Part shown: positions 29,215 to 39,681 of the stretch, one piece after another
How the letters are laid out: each line of letters begins with the position of its first letter
How positions within the stretch are numbered: position 1 is the stretch's first letter
Assembly: GCA_963847625.1 (NCBI GenBank)
Contig: CAWKAR010000045.1
Span: forward strand, 111,809-175,808
Reading direction: 5' to 3'
DNA: 64,000 nt
DNA from: a candidate division FCPU426 bacterium
GTDB taxonomy: Bacteria; Oederibacteriota; Muellerivitia; Muellerivitales; Muellerivitaceae
Program-made: the position numbers and the translations under genes
Notes under the pieces: model-generated
The model's input: only the letters and a program-made list of their open reading frames with translations
Database searches by the model: none
Told to the model about the DNA's origin: nothing

Positions 29215-30000
29215 ATGCCGGAAGCGTCCCTAAAAATCCATCCAACCGCCATTGTCCATCCCGGAGCCCACTTGGGGGAAGGGGTGGCTGTCGGGCCCTA
29301 TGCGGTCGTGGACGAGCATGTGAGCCTGGACGATGGGACTGTCGTGGGTTCCCATTGCATCATCACGGGGCATACCCAGGTTGGGAAGCGGAACCGATTT
29401 TTCACAGGTGCGATCATCGGAAGCGAACCCCAGGATGTGAAGTTCCACGGAGAGGAATCGTGGTTGGTGATAGGGGACGACAACCTGATCCGGGAGTACG
29501 TTACCATCAACCCTGGTACTGGGGAGGGAACCAAAACCATCATTGGGAACGACAACTGGCTTATGATCCAAACCCATGTGGGGCACAACTGCGTCATCGG
29601 CAGCCACGTAAAAATGGCCAATTTGGTCACTTTGGGTGGCCATGTTCAAATCGATGATTACGCCACCATTGGTGGCGCAACCCCCATCCACCAATTCGTC
29701 CGCGTTGGCCGGCACGCCATGATGGGGGGAGGATTCCGCGCGGTACAGGACATCACGCCTTACATGATCGCGGGTGACGAGCCGCTGAAAATATACGGCG
29801 TGAACCAAATCGGCCTTGAGCGAAACGGGTTCTGCAAGGAAACCATCGACTTGTTGAAAAAAGCCTATAAAGTCATATTCAGGAACAATTTGACCCTCAA
29901 GGACGCCCTCCAAGCCCTTTCGAATGATTTTCCGCAAACGGAAGAGATTAAATGCCTGTTGGAGTTCCTGTCGTCTTCAACCCGTGGAATCGTTCGGTAA
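29215..30000 (+). CDS. lpxA: UDP-N-acetylglucosamine O-acyltransferase
   Basis: IHPTAIV, PQDVKF, IREYVTI, HVGHNC, LGGHV, IHQFVRVG. Confidence 0.96.
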   Translation: MPEASLKIHPTAIVHPGAHLGEGVAVGPYAVVDEHVSLDDGTVVGSHCIITGHTQVGKRNRFFTGAIIGSEPQDVKFHGEESWLVIGDDNLIREYVTINPGTGEGTKTIIGNDNWLMIQTHVGHNCVIGSHVKMANLVTLGGHVQIDDYATIGGATPIHQFVRVGRHAMMGGGFRAVQDITPYMIAGDEPLKIYGVNQIGLERNGFCKETIDLLKKAYKVIFRNNLTLKDALQALSNDFPQTEEIKCLLEFLSSSTRGIVR

Positions 30001-30007
30001 TCATTTC

Positions 30008-30817
30008 ATGTTCCCAAAAGCCCAATTAGGTTTAGTCGCAGGATCAGGGGAATTGCCCTTGGAGTTCGCCCGCCAGGCCCATGCAAGAGGATTTTCCCTC
30101 GCGACCGTGGCCCTCAAAGAATATTCCTCACCCCACTTGTCCCGGTATAGTGAAAAAATAACGTTGATTTCCCTTGGCCAGCTCGGTTCTCTGATCTCCT
30201 TTTTCCGGAAAAACAGAGTCAAAAAAATAGCCCTGCATGGAAAAGTTAGGCATTCCAGTTTGTTTAAAAATATCCGTTTTGATTTAAAAGCCCTGTCGTT
30301 ATGGGTCCGGGCGAAAAATCGGTCAGGCGAGTCCCTCATGAAACTTTTGGCGGATGAATTGGGAAAATATGGGATCCGAGTTTTAGACAGCCGGTTTTTG
30401 ATGGAAAAATTCCTATCCCCCAAGGGCCTTCTGACGCGTCCAAAACCCACGGCTGAAGAAAGGATGGATATCCGCTATGGTCTCCAACGTGCCCGCCTAT
30501 TGGCGCGCTTGGGTATCGGGCAATCTTTGCTTGTCAAAAAGGGCGCGGTTGTAGCCGTGGAAGCCATGGAGGGAACGGATGAAACAGTTTTACGGGCCGG
30601 GAAATGGGCCGGGAAAGGAACCATCCTGGTGAAGGCCGCCAGTCCCCGGCAGGATTGGCGTTTCGACGTCCCGACGATTGGGCCTCAGACCATTCAAACC
30701 CTCGTCCGCGTCAAGGCGCGGGGAATTGTCCTGGAATCCGGAAAAGCTTTCTTACTCAAACGCGAGAAAACCATCCGCATGGCGGACCAAAAAGATATTT
30801 TTATTCTGGCCATCTAA
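30008..30817 (+). CDS. lpxI: UDP-2,3-diacylglucosamine pyrophosphatase LpxI (DUF1009)
   Basis: LGLVAGSGELP, IGQ, VEAMEGTD, QDWRFDVPTIG; follows lpxA. Confidence 0.9.
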   Translation: MFPKAQLGLVAGSGELPLEFARQAHARGFSLATVALKEYSSPHLSRYSEKITLISLGQLGSLISFFRKNRVKKIALHGKVRHSSLFKNIRFDLKALSLWVRAKNRSGESLMKLLADELGKYGIRVLDSRFLMEKFLSPKGLLTRPKPTAEERMDIRYGLQRARLLARLGIGQSLLVKKGAVVAVEAMEGTDETVLRAGKWAGKGTILVKAASPRQDWRFDVPTIGPQTIQTLVRVKARGIVLESGKAFLLKREKTIRMADQKDIFILAI

Positions 30818-30998
30818 CAGGGAAAATATTAATCCGTAAATGAAAGAAAAAGCGCGAATGAACTCAACTTTTATTTGACGGAAGTGAGCTGCTGATCATC
30901 GGGTAATTACAAACTCTCCTTGGCGCGCCGCCAACAAGCTTTTAAGGTTCAACGGGGACGATGGACCTGGACCAGATGGGTGCGAGTTCCTCAAATCT

Positions 30999-32087
30999 TC
31001 AGTGGTTTTTCTGGATTAACAAGAGGGGCCCGCCAATCGCGAAGATGATGTTCATAGTCCACATGGAAAAGAAAGGCGTCAGGAACCCAGAGTATCCCAA
31101 TTCCTCCCCGATTTGCATACCTCCCAGATAGAAAAAAGCTACCAAGATACAAATGCCCAAGCTGAATATCACCCCGCTGTATTTCCCCATGCTCCATCCC
31201 CAGGGCACCCCGAGAATAGCTAGAATGACACAACCGAACGGGAAAGCCAGTTTTTTATGGAGGATGACCAATTCCTTGTGACAATCCGACCCGTTACGTT
31301 TGAGTTGCCGGATATAGGTAATCAATTCGGCGAGGTTGAGTTCGCCCGCTTCTTTTTGTTCCTTCAGGAAATCCGATGGCTTTTCCGGGAGATCAAAGGG
31401 CCTTCGATCGAAGGGCTCTGCAGTAACTTCGGAATCCGAATCGTTGAAAGCCCGGAAATATCCATCGTAAAAAACCCAACGGCCCGACTCGTATTTGGCA
31501 CTTTTGGCGTCAATCCTCGATTTCAAGTGAACGCCAGAGTCGAATTCCAAGACCAGGACATCCTTCATCGTTTGGGTTGTCCCGTCGAAAGAGCCGAGGT
31601 GGTAGATTTGGTTGTCGGCGCCCCTCAAGGAAATGTTTTGGCGGTAGGTGGCCAAGGAAGCTTCGGGTTGTTTCTCGATTTCCACTATTTTCGCGTGATG
31701 CATCATTCGGGAAGTCTTGGGAACGACGATTTCATCAAAAACCACACTGATCAGGCAGACCGTTAAACCGCAGAAAAACAAAGGTATGGCGACCATGAAG
31801 ATATGGACACCCCCGGCGCGCATGGCTAACAGCTCATTGGTCTTAGCCAATCCTCCCAACGCGAAAAGCACCGCGAATAAAACCGCCAATGGAATGATTC
31901 GTATCAAAAGCTCGGGAATCTGTAGGGAAAAGTATTTAATTGCCAGGAAGATCCCCGGCTTATGATCCATGATGAGCTTCATGTCATTGAAGACCTGGAT
32001 GATGAGGATGACTACCGAGAAAAACAACAGGGCCATGATAAAGGGTTTTAAAAACTCCTTGAGAATATAACGGGTAATGATTTTCAT
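30999..32087 (-). CDS. lptG: LPS export ABC permease LptG (LptF/G family)
   Basis: YjgP/YjgQ topology; NELLAMRAGG, LHKKLAFPF. Confidence 0.85.
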   Translation of the reverse strand: MKIITRYILKEFLKPFIMALLFFSVVILIIQVFNDMKLIMDHKPGIFLAIKYFSLQIPELLIRIIPLAVLFAVLFALGGLAKTNELLAMRAGGVHIFMVAIPLFFCGLTVCLISVVFDEIVVPKTSRMMHHAKIVEIEKQPEASLATYRQNISLRGADNQIYHLGSFDGTTQTMKDVLVLEFDSGVHLKSRIDAKSAKYESGRWVFYDGYFRAFNDSDSEVTAEPFDRRPFDLPEKPSDFLKEQKEAGELNLAELITYIRQLKRNGSDCHKELVILHKKLAFPFGCVILAILGVPWGWSMGKYSGVIFSLGICILVAFFYLGGMQIGEELGYSGFLTPFFSMWTMNIIFAIGGPLLLIQKNH

Positions 32088-32186
32088 GATCCGGCCTCGG
32101 TGTTCGGACAGGCCTGAGGTGAAAGCCGATCTTTACCAAATGACAGCATTGCTGCGACCGGGTTTAATCGTTTATTGCTCATGTTT

Positions 32187-33338
32187 TTAACCCATCCCAG
32201 TTTTCCTGAGGCCAGTGGGGTTCCATCGGAATTTAAACGCCGAGTGCTCGTTGACCACAAGGTAATAAAGCAGGAAACCCGTTAAGGCGATAAAACCGTT
32301 GGCCCACCAAAGGCCCAAATAGGGGCTGACGGAACCCCTCTGGCTGAGGATTTCACCTAGGAAAAACATGAGGTAATAAAGGAAAATCATCACAATCCCC
32401 AGGACGAAGGCGATGAAACCTTTAGACCGGACCCAGAGACCCAGGGGGGCGCATAACCAAGTGAGCGCCAGGCATGCGAAGGGAAGAGAAAGTCTTTTTT
32501 GATATTCCACCCGGACATTGTTCCGCCGGGTTTCGTCGGTGGTTCGGTTAATTTCCTGGGAAAGCTCGGTCAAATTCATTTCTTCGAAATCTTTTTTCAC
32601 GTCGGCCAAATGGGCCAATTGGTTTTCCAACTTGAGCCGGATGACGTATTGATCGAAATAGAGCCGGTTGTAGGTGTTGTAATTGGCGTTGTTCCAGGTC
32701 ATAACCCCGTCATGAAGCTGGAAGAAGATCTGGAAGCCCTTTGGATCGTTGACCAAGTTTCCGGTCTTGGCCAGGGTGGTTTGGAGTGGATTCTGGGGGG
32801 AAAATCGGCTGAACATTTTCACGTTCGAGAAATTCCCATCCGGATCCTGTTGGTCGATGAAAAATTGATACCCCTCGAAAAGGTCGATAAAAACCCGTTC
32901 CCGGATGGCGACATTGGCTCGGTTTTGTATGATTTTATAATGGATTTTTTTGAATGTGGAATTGGCTGCAGGGAGGACCTTGTGGTTGAAGAATATCATG
33001 ACACCGGTCATGACCATCCCGAATAGGAGGACCGGGCCAATCAATCGGAATAAATGGACCCCGCTGCTCTTGAAGGCTGTGACTTCCATATCGGAGCTCA
33101 TGCGGCCGAAATTCAGGAGGGTGGCCATCATCAAGGACATGGGGACTGTCAGGGACAGGACAAAGGGGATTAAGCTTACGTAAAGAAGCAGGATGTCCGT
33201 CAGGGGAACCTTCTTGTTTACGAATAAGTCCAAAAGCAAAAAAACTTTATTAGTCATAAAAATAAAGGTCAAAATAAACACGCAAAGCGCAAAAGGGGGC
33301 AACGTTTCTTTGAGGACATAGAGGTAAACCGTTTTCAA
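32187..33338 (-). CDS. lptF: LPS export ABC permease LptF (LptF/G family)
   Basis: FGRMSSDMEVTAFKSSG, EYQKRLSLPFAC; tandem with lptG. Confidence 0.85.
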   Translation of the reverse strand: MKTVYLYVLKETLPPFALCVFILTFIFMTNKVFLLLDLFVNKKVPLTDILLLYVSLIPFVLSLTVPMSLMMATLLNFGRMSSDMEVTAFKSSGVHLFRLIGPVLLFGMVMTGVMIFFNHKVLPAANSTFKKIHYKIIQNRANVAIRERVFIDLFEGYQFFIDQQDPDGNFSNVKMFSRFSPQNPLQTTLAKTGNLVNDPKGFQIFFQLHDGVMTWNNANYNTYNRLYFDQYVIRLKLENQLAHLADVKKDFEEMNLTELSQEINRTTDETRRNNVRVEYQKRLSLPFACLALTWLCAPLGLWVRSKGFIAFVLGIVMIFLYYLMFFLGEILSQRGSVSPYLGLWWANGFIALTGFLLYYLVVNEHSAFKFRWNPTGLRKTGMG

Positions 33339-33639
33339 GCTGGAACCTTTGGGTTATTTTTCGGCAGTATAACCCGCTTTTTCGAGTTTGTAACCCGTTG
33401 GTCAAGCCGATACGTCAAAAGGAAAACAGGAAATAACTTTTTTTGTTAGAAAAAATTGTTTTTAATTACTTTTCCACTTAGGGTTTAACGAGAAGAACAT
33501 CACGTTTTTCCATCGCCATCATGTTCTTTTTGCGGCCGTTTCCTCCCATTGGGCCCTTGTAAACGACAGTTGGGTCTTTGGAAACGTCCTTTTAGACTTT
33601 GAATTAATGGCTGGATTTTGAAGAAGATAAAATAGTTTT

Positions 33640-36600
33640 ATGGGGAATTTCCTTGATTTTCTTTTACCCTCGCCACGACGGGATGGGGACAAAAAAATGA
33701 GATTTATCACCTTACCTCGGCTCCTTTTCCGGCGGGTTAGGAATAGATTCATTTTCCAACGATTTCTTCGGGTTAATCCAAAACCATCCGCTTCAATTTC
33801 ACACTATTTCTTTGGCTTTTTTACCTTGAGTTTAGGCTTCTTTTTAATGTTTGCCCGCCCCTCCCAGGGATGGGGACAGGACGCTGTCGACAAGGTAGTT
33901 CCTTCACCTACATCGGTTATGAACGGATCATCGGCCACCTCCATTTTAGCGCCCCTCACCACGGGTCAGGAAATCCAAATCTTGGAATCCATCGATGCCC
34001 AGTCCAATACCTCCCCGCCGAGTTCCGGAAAAACCCTTACTTCGGGCTCTCCCACTTTATCGGCGTCCACTTCAGGGCAGGCTCAAGGGAGTGTCGTCTC
34101 CCCAGCGGAAACAGCCGGGAACACCAGTACCCCTGCTGCGGTGAATTTAGGGTCTCCTCCAGCGCCGGTAGGCTTAAACGCACTCATTCTAAAGGAGGGA
34201 GTTTATCTTTCTTGGAATTCGGCTATTCCTGGTTCCTCCGTGGTCGGCTACAACGTCTACCGGTCGGATAAACCGGGAAACGGTTACCGTATGGTTAACA
34301 TGAAACCTCTGGCGGTTGCCAATTTTCTGGATGGACCCCCAAACAGCCTGGACCCGCCCCGAAACGGGGAGACTTATTTTTACGTGGTCGCCTCCATCGA
34401 CGGGCAGGGGAACGTGAGCCCCTATTCGGAGGAAATCTCGGCCCAGCCACAGGGTATGCAATACGCAGCCGCTACCGAGGAAGCCACGCCAACTCCGACT
34501 CCAGCGAAGGAGGAGGAAAAGATCCTGAACATCCCCGAAAACAAGCTTGTCAATCTGCAGTTGCCTGCGGACACCCAGCTTTCCATACAGGGCTACAAGA
34601 AAATCGAGGTGCAACTTGGCTTCCAGAAATACAACCGTCCCGCCCTGAACGGTGTCAGCGCGGAACAGGACACCCAGTTGGTCAACCAGGAATTAGTGGT
34701 GAACCTGGACGGAAAAGTTGGGAAAAACGTGGATGTTCACGTGGACTACAGCGACGTCAACCGGGCCGGGGGCGTGGACCAGAGCAAGCAGGAAATTTCA
34801 ATAGCCTACCATGGCGACGAAAACAGCCCAGTACAGGAAGTGGATTTCGGCGACCTTCAACTCCTGCTTCCCAACACCGAATTCGCGGGTTTCAGCAAAC
34901 AGCTATTCGGGCTCCAGGCTAAATTGAAATTCGACAATTTCAAGATGACCACTTTTTTCGCGCAGACAAAGGGAATTTCCGAGACGAAAGTTTTCACGGG
35001 GAACTCATCCCAGATCGACAAAACCTACAACGACATCGATTACATCCGGCAAAAGTATTATCTTTTGACGAAAAGGCCCTACCACAACGGTTCCACGACC
35101 ATCAGCACGGCCGACCTGCCCAAACCCAACTCGGAGCAAATTTGGGTCAATCCCAGCAACGGTTCTCCTCCCATCAATTCCCCCCCGAATTTCATTAACA
35201 CTTTTGAGCGCTGGCTCCCAGGACGGGATTATACCGTCGACTATACAACCGGGATCATCACTTTCATCCGGGGCCTTTCCAGCACGGCCCAGATCGCCGT
35301 GGGTTACGATGACCAAGCCGGGGTCACATACGGCCTAAATAATGCCGGCATGACTGCCGCGCTAGCTTATCCTGTTTCCTTGATGAGCCCCGAAGGAATC
35401 CTCGATCAAGATTCCAACGGAAATGTCGATCACCGGTATTTTCTCATAAAAAACAACGACAACACCACCAGCCCCTTTTATATGGTGGACTATTACGACT
35501 TGGGCCATGACAAAATCATACCGCCGAATCAAGACCCGAATTTCATTTTCGAGATCATTGACGCGGGGAACAGCAACGTCATACAGGAGATGTCCAATGG
35601 GCCGGTCAGCTATTTTATCAACCAGGACCTGAACCTCCTGACCGTTTACAACACCCACAACAGTTCTGTGTCCTACACCACCACTTCCAACGGGACGCCT
35701 GTCACGACGACGGGGAATTTCATGGAAAGAGCCTTCGTGGACTCGACTGATCCCTCATTGGGAACCAGCATCAACGGCATCTATAACGAGACCACTGTCC
35801 CCACCAGCTTGAGGAGAATCCATATCCGGTATAAAACCCAGTTGAATTTTTATTCCCTGAACCGCTTTAACATCATCAAGGCCAGCGAGGCGGTCTACCT
35901 GGACGGCAGGCGCTTGCGCCGGGACGTGGATTACACCATCGACTATACCTCCGGCTTCCTGGACTTTGTGGACAAGAGTATTCTCAGGACCGACAGCCAG
36001 GTGGTGGTGACCTACGAGTACTCGCCCTTCGGTTCCTTTGCTCAGGAGAATATCCTGGGCGCCCGGGCCGAGTACGACCTCACGGATCATTTTTTCGTGG
36101 GTTCGACCTTCCTTTACAGTTCCACCCAGACACCCATCGATCAGCCCCAGATCGGTTCCACCCCGAATTCCCTGACCCTATTGGACGCGGACGCCAAGTA
36201 CGACCTCGGGCCGGAGGATGTCCAATCGCTCACCGGTTTGCTCCCAGGTCTGGCGGACTGGAAACCACCCGTAGCCGTGAAATTGTCGGGGGAAGTCGCC
36301 GACAGCATTTTCGACCCCGACACCTACAACGCAGAGGGGGAAACGGGCGTGGCCATGGTCGACAGCATGGAAGGCATCGACAACGTGATCGGCCCCACCA
36401 TAAACGCCACCAATTGGATTGTTTCCTCCCCCCCCCAGTCCGTACCGGCTTTTTTGGGAAACGTCACTTACAATGGAAGCAATGATCCCACAAGTAACAA
36501 CCGCATCCGTTTTTATGCCAATGACAACGCTGTTACTGGATACTTGGGAACTCTTCCGGCAACGTTTACAGGGATCAATGGGGCCGGAGGGCATCTTTAC

Positions 36601-39600
36601 TCGCAGACGCAGAACGCGACCGATGAAATACCGGTGATGGTTTTTCCCTATGCGAACCTCACGAACCAAAGATGGGCTGGTGTCCGTCAAATCCTCTCTA
36701 CCTCGGGGGAGGACCTTTCAACCACCACCTTTCTCCAAACCTGGATCTACAACGACAACACAAGTGATGACAAATGGATCATGTTGGATTTTGGGATCAT
36801 GAATGAAAGCGTGAACGGTGCCGCAACCATTCAAAATGAATGGGTGACCGCCGGATCTGGGGCGGTTACAAACGGCGATTTTGGGATTCCGACTTTTTAT
36901 TTGGGTACAGGTACGCCACTATTGCAACCTGTTTGCGGGCCAGGCAGTAATAATAATTTCCCATCAGAAACCTCCACCCAAGAAGGAGCTAGAAACGGAG
37001 TTGTGGATACGACGGACATCAACAATGACGGTGTCCTGGAAGATAACGACCAATATTTTGAGTACGGAATCCGGGCGAACTGGTACGGCTGGAAGCTGGT
37101 CAAGATCCCCGTCAATTTTGCAGCCTCACCCGGTTCAAATACTACCGACCAAGGTATCGATTATTTTTACAATGTCGTCGGGGCCGCCAGTTCATCCTTA
37201 ATCCGGCAGATTCGATTATGGGTGACGGGGGCGAGCCCTTCCGCGGTTTCAGGTTATTTCCTCGTGGACAGCATCGGCTTTACCCATAACCTTTGGCAGG
37301 ACCAGGTGGACCCGAACGCCAACCTTTACCAGGGGGTGACGGTCAACACCTCCAAATTCGACGCGACTTCTATCAGCCAGACCCAGGATTCCGGGTACGT
37401 GCCCACGCAAAGATTTATTGTCCTCCAGGAAGGCCAGAACCAAAACACCGTGCTTGAAAATGAAAAATCACTCAGGATCACTTACAACCTTTCCACGGCG
37501 GACCAGTACAACGGGGAACCGGCTTATTACTGCACACGTTCCTTCGGACAAGGGGTGGATTTCACGGACTACCAGAATTTGGCCTTCGACCTTTATATCC
37601 GGACACCCCAGGTAAACCCCGGGGATATTCTGTTTATTCGGCTGGCCAACGACTCCCTGGATTATTACCAATTCAACGTGCCGCTTAAAACTGCCTACGT
37701 TGGAAACTGGAACCCGATTTCCCTGGCCCTGGACGGCTCCCAAGGAAACCGCCAAACGGTGGGCACCCCCTTCATCAACCGCACGGCCCAGATTTCAATC
37801 GGGATCCTCTCACCCAACCCGGTCCCGGGCGGAACCAAGGAATTGTGGATCAACAACTTGCGGACCAACAACCCCAACCAGAGGTCGGGCTTGGCCCGGC
37901 GGGCCAATGCGGCGGTCATACTCGGCGATAACTTCGCCACCCTCAACGGCCGTTACCGTGAAGTGGACTCCGGCTTCACCGAAATGGACCAGACCTCCAC
38001 CCATTTCCAGCATTCCACACAATTGGGGGCGGATTATTCATCCGGCGGGATCAAGCTTTTCGGCCAACCCCTGGCGACCCAAGCCTCCTACACCGTCCAG
38101 GACCTCACTACCGAGCAGGACCTGCTTCAAAACCCTTACTACAGCGCATTGCCGGATACCCGCACGCAGAACGCCACGGGCAGCATCAGCTACACCAAGG
38201 ACCTGGGGGCCTCCTATGGGAAAATAACCAACCTCCGACTTTCCGCCAGTTCCAACAACGAGGTCGATGTTTACCAACCCGCCTACCTGACCCAGCCCGG
38301 AATCCAGGGCGATACCACCAAGGCGGATCAAACCTACACCCTGGCTTCCACCTACGACGCCCCACTCAAGTTATTAAATTTCCCCATCGGGACCAACCAA
38401 TTGAACGGGACCTATACCTTGACTCACGATACGCAGGAATTCGGTTTCGACACCTACGCCCCTTACGACCGGACGACCAAGGTTCAAACCTACGGTTGGA
38501 TCAACACCACCGAGATCCTCAAGAACCTCGTGTTTACCCCCGGTTACACCTTCTCGGAAACGGATGCGAAGGGCAACACGAACTCGCCCGGGGTTCCGGG
38601 CGGAGTGGATAATTACACCAACTTCCAGGACCGGTACCAGCCGAAAGCGGGCCTGGTTTTCCGTGGTATTCCTGGCATGATCCCCTCGGTAGATTATTCC
38701 GGAAGCAACCAGTATGATTTCGAATCCTTTTCCGATGGGCCCCGTTTCAACAACGCCAATAATTTCAACAGCTCCCTGAATATGACCCCGGGCTCTTGGC
38801 TGCCATTGTTTCAAAAAATGAACCTGACAGTGTTCGCCGGTTTGACGGAAAGCGCCACTTCCTCGGTGCCGGATTACACCCTTCTTCCCACCCCACTCAC
38901 TTTCAGCCAAAAATGGCTCATTAACCCGCCCTTCGGCGTCGCCCTAAACGCCACCGAGTCCACCACCAAGCAGTTGAACATGAGCTTTAAACTTTTTGAT
39001 GTCTGGGACGTTAAACCCACTGGGTCCTGGACGAACCAACTTAGCCTTCTTTCCCGGGGTTCCAACCCCGTTTCACAAGAGGGTAGGACGCTGGGAGGAA
39101 CCACCGTTTTCAACCATACGATCCTCGCGGTGCCCCTCATCAAATTCAACTTAACCTCCGCCCAATTCCAGTACACCCATACCGAGAATACCCAGTACGA
39201 CAGCAGCGGCTCGGGCCTGCCTTCCAACCAAACCTACAGCGACCTCTATTCCGTCACCTTGCCCTACGACATCAACAAGAAGGCGCAAGGCAACTTCCAC
39301 TACCAATTGACCGAGGGGCTTCAAAATACCAGCGGCTTGAATACCACACAGCACGATGAACTGTTCTCGGTGGAATACGACCAGAAATTCCTTGAAAACC
39401 AGTTTCTCCATATTCCCTTCACCAACTGGAAAATAAAATTCACCCAGGCCCTTGAATTCCGGGGCATCTTCACAACCGAATTCATTGACAATGAGTCTGC
39501 CTACACCGTCAACGAACTCAAGACCCAGCGTTATCGTGGCCAAATCGACCTCAATTACAACGCCTTGAAAAATTTACGCGTTGGGATCAGCACGGCGTAC

Positions 39601-39681
39601 GAGAATTTAACCAATACCTATAACACCTACCTGGGGTATAGTTTGATTCAAGTCAATATTTCCGCCGAGGCGCGGTTTTGA
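33640..39681 (+). CDS. Very large SprA-like outer-membrane beta-barrel protein with N-terminal Fn3 domain
   Basis: SprA-like blocks ISIAYHGDENSPVQEVDFGDLQLLLPNTEF..KQLFGLQAKLKF, SEAVYLDGRRLRRDVDYTIDYTSG, DTTDINNDG; amphipathic beta-strands; terminal Phe. Start uncertain (ATG 33697 possible). Confidence 0.7.
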   Translation: MGNFLDFLLPSPRRDGDKKMRFITLPRLLFRRVRNRFIFQRFLRVNPKPSASISHYFFGFFTLSLGFFLMFARPSQGWGQDAVDKVVPSPTSVMNGSSATSILAPLTTGQEIQILESIDAQSNTSPPSSGKTLTSGSPTLSASTSGQAQGSVVSPAETAGNTSTPAAVNLGSPPAPVGLNALILKEGVYLSWNSAIPGSSVVGYNVYRSDKPGNGYRMVNMKPLAVANFLDGPPNSLDPPRNGETYFYVVASIDGQGNVSPYSEEISAQPQGMQYAAATEEATPTPTPAKEEEKILNIPENKLVNLQLPADTQLSIQGYKKIEVQLGFQKYNRPALNGVSAEQDTQLVNQELVVNLDGKVGKNVDVHVDYSDVNRAGGVDQSKQEISIAYHGDENSPVQEVDFGDLQLLLPNTEFAGFSKQLFGLQAKLKFDNFKMTTFFAQTKGISETKVFTGNSSQIDKTYNDIDYIRQKYYLLTKRPYHNGSTTISTADLPKPNSEQIWVNPSNGSPPINSPPNFINTFERWLPGRDYTVDYTTGIITFIRGLSSTAQIAVGYDDQAGVTYGLNNAGMTAALAYPVSLMSPEGILDQDSNGNVDHRYFLIKNNDNTTSPFYMVDYYDLGHDKIIPPNQDPNFIFEIIDAGNSNVIQEMSNGPVSYFINQDLNLLTVYNTHNSSVSYTTTSNGTPVTTTGNFMERAFVDSTDPSLGTSINGIYNETTVPTSLRRIHIRYKTQLNFYSLNRFNIIKASEAVYLDGRRLRRDVDYTIDYTSGFLDFVDKSILRTDSQVVVTYEYSPFGSFAQENILGARAEYDLTDHFFVGSTFLYSSTQTPIDQPQIGSTPNSLTLLDADAKYDLGPEDVQSLTGLLPGLADWKPPVAVKLSGEVADSIFDPDTYNAEGETGVAMVDSMEGIDNVIGPTINATNWIVSSPPQSVPAFLGNVTYNGSNDPTSNNRIRFYANDNAVTGYLGTLPATFTGINGAGGHLYSQTQNATDEIPVMVFPYANLTNQRWAGVRQILSTSGEDLSTTTFLQTWIYNDNTSDDKWIMLDFGIMNESVNGAATIQNEWVTAGSGAVTNGDFGIPTFYLGTGTPLLQPVCGPGSNNNFPSETSTQEGARNGVVDTTDINNDGVLEDNDQYFEYGIRANWYGWKLVKIPVNFAASPGSNTTDQGIDYFYNVVGAASSSLIRQIRLWVTGASPSAVSGYFLVDSIGFTHNLWQDQVDPNANLYQGVTVNTSKFDATSISQTQDSGYVPTQRFIVLQEGQNQNTVLENEKSLRITYNLSTADQYNGEPAYYCTRSFGQGVDFTDYQNLAFDLYIRTPQVNPGDILFIRLANDSLDYYQFNVPLKTAYVGNWNPISLALDGSQGNRQTVGTPFINRTAQISIGILSPNPVPGGTKELWINNLRTNNPNQRSGLARRANAAVILGDNFATLNGRYREVDSGFTEMDQTSTHFQHSTQLGADYSSGGIKLFGQPLATQASYTVQDLTTEQDLLQNPYYSALPDTRTQNATGSISYTKDLGASYGKITNLRLSASSNNEVDVYQPAYLTQPGIQGDTTKADQTYTLASTYDAPLKLLNFPIGTNQLNGTYTLTHDTQEFGFDTYAPYDRTTKVQTYGWINTTEILKNLVFTPGYTFSETDAKGNTNSPGVPGGVDNYTNFQDRYQPKAGLVFRGIPGMIPSVDYSGSNQYDFESFSDGPRFNNANNFNSSLNMTPGSWLPLFQKMNLTVFAGLTESATSSVPDYTLLPTPLTFSQKWLINPPFGVALNATESTTKQLNMSFKLFDVWDVKPTGSWTNQLSLLSRGSNPVSQEGRTLGGTTVFNHTILAVPLIKFNLTSAQFQYTHTENTQYDSSGSGLPSNQTYSDLYSVTLPYDINKKAQGNFHYQLTEGLQNTSGLNTTQHDELFSVEYDQKFLENQFLHIPFTNWKIKFTQALEFRGIFTTEFIDNESAYTVNELKTQRYRGQIDLNYNALKNLRVGISTAYENLTNTYNTYLGYSLIQVNISAEARF

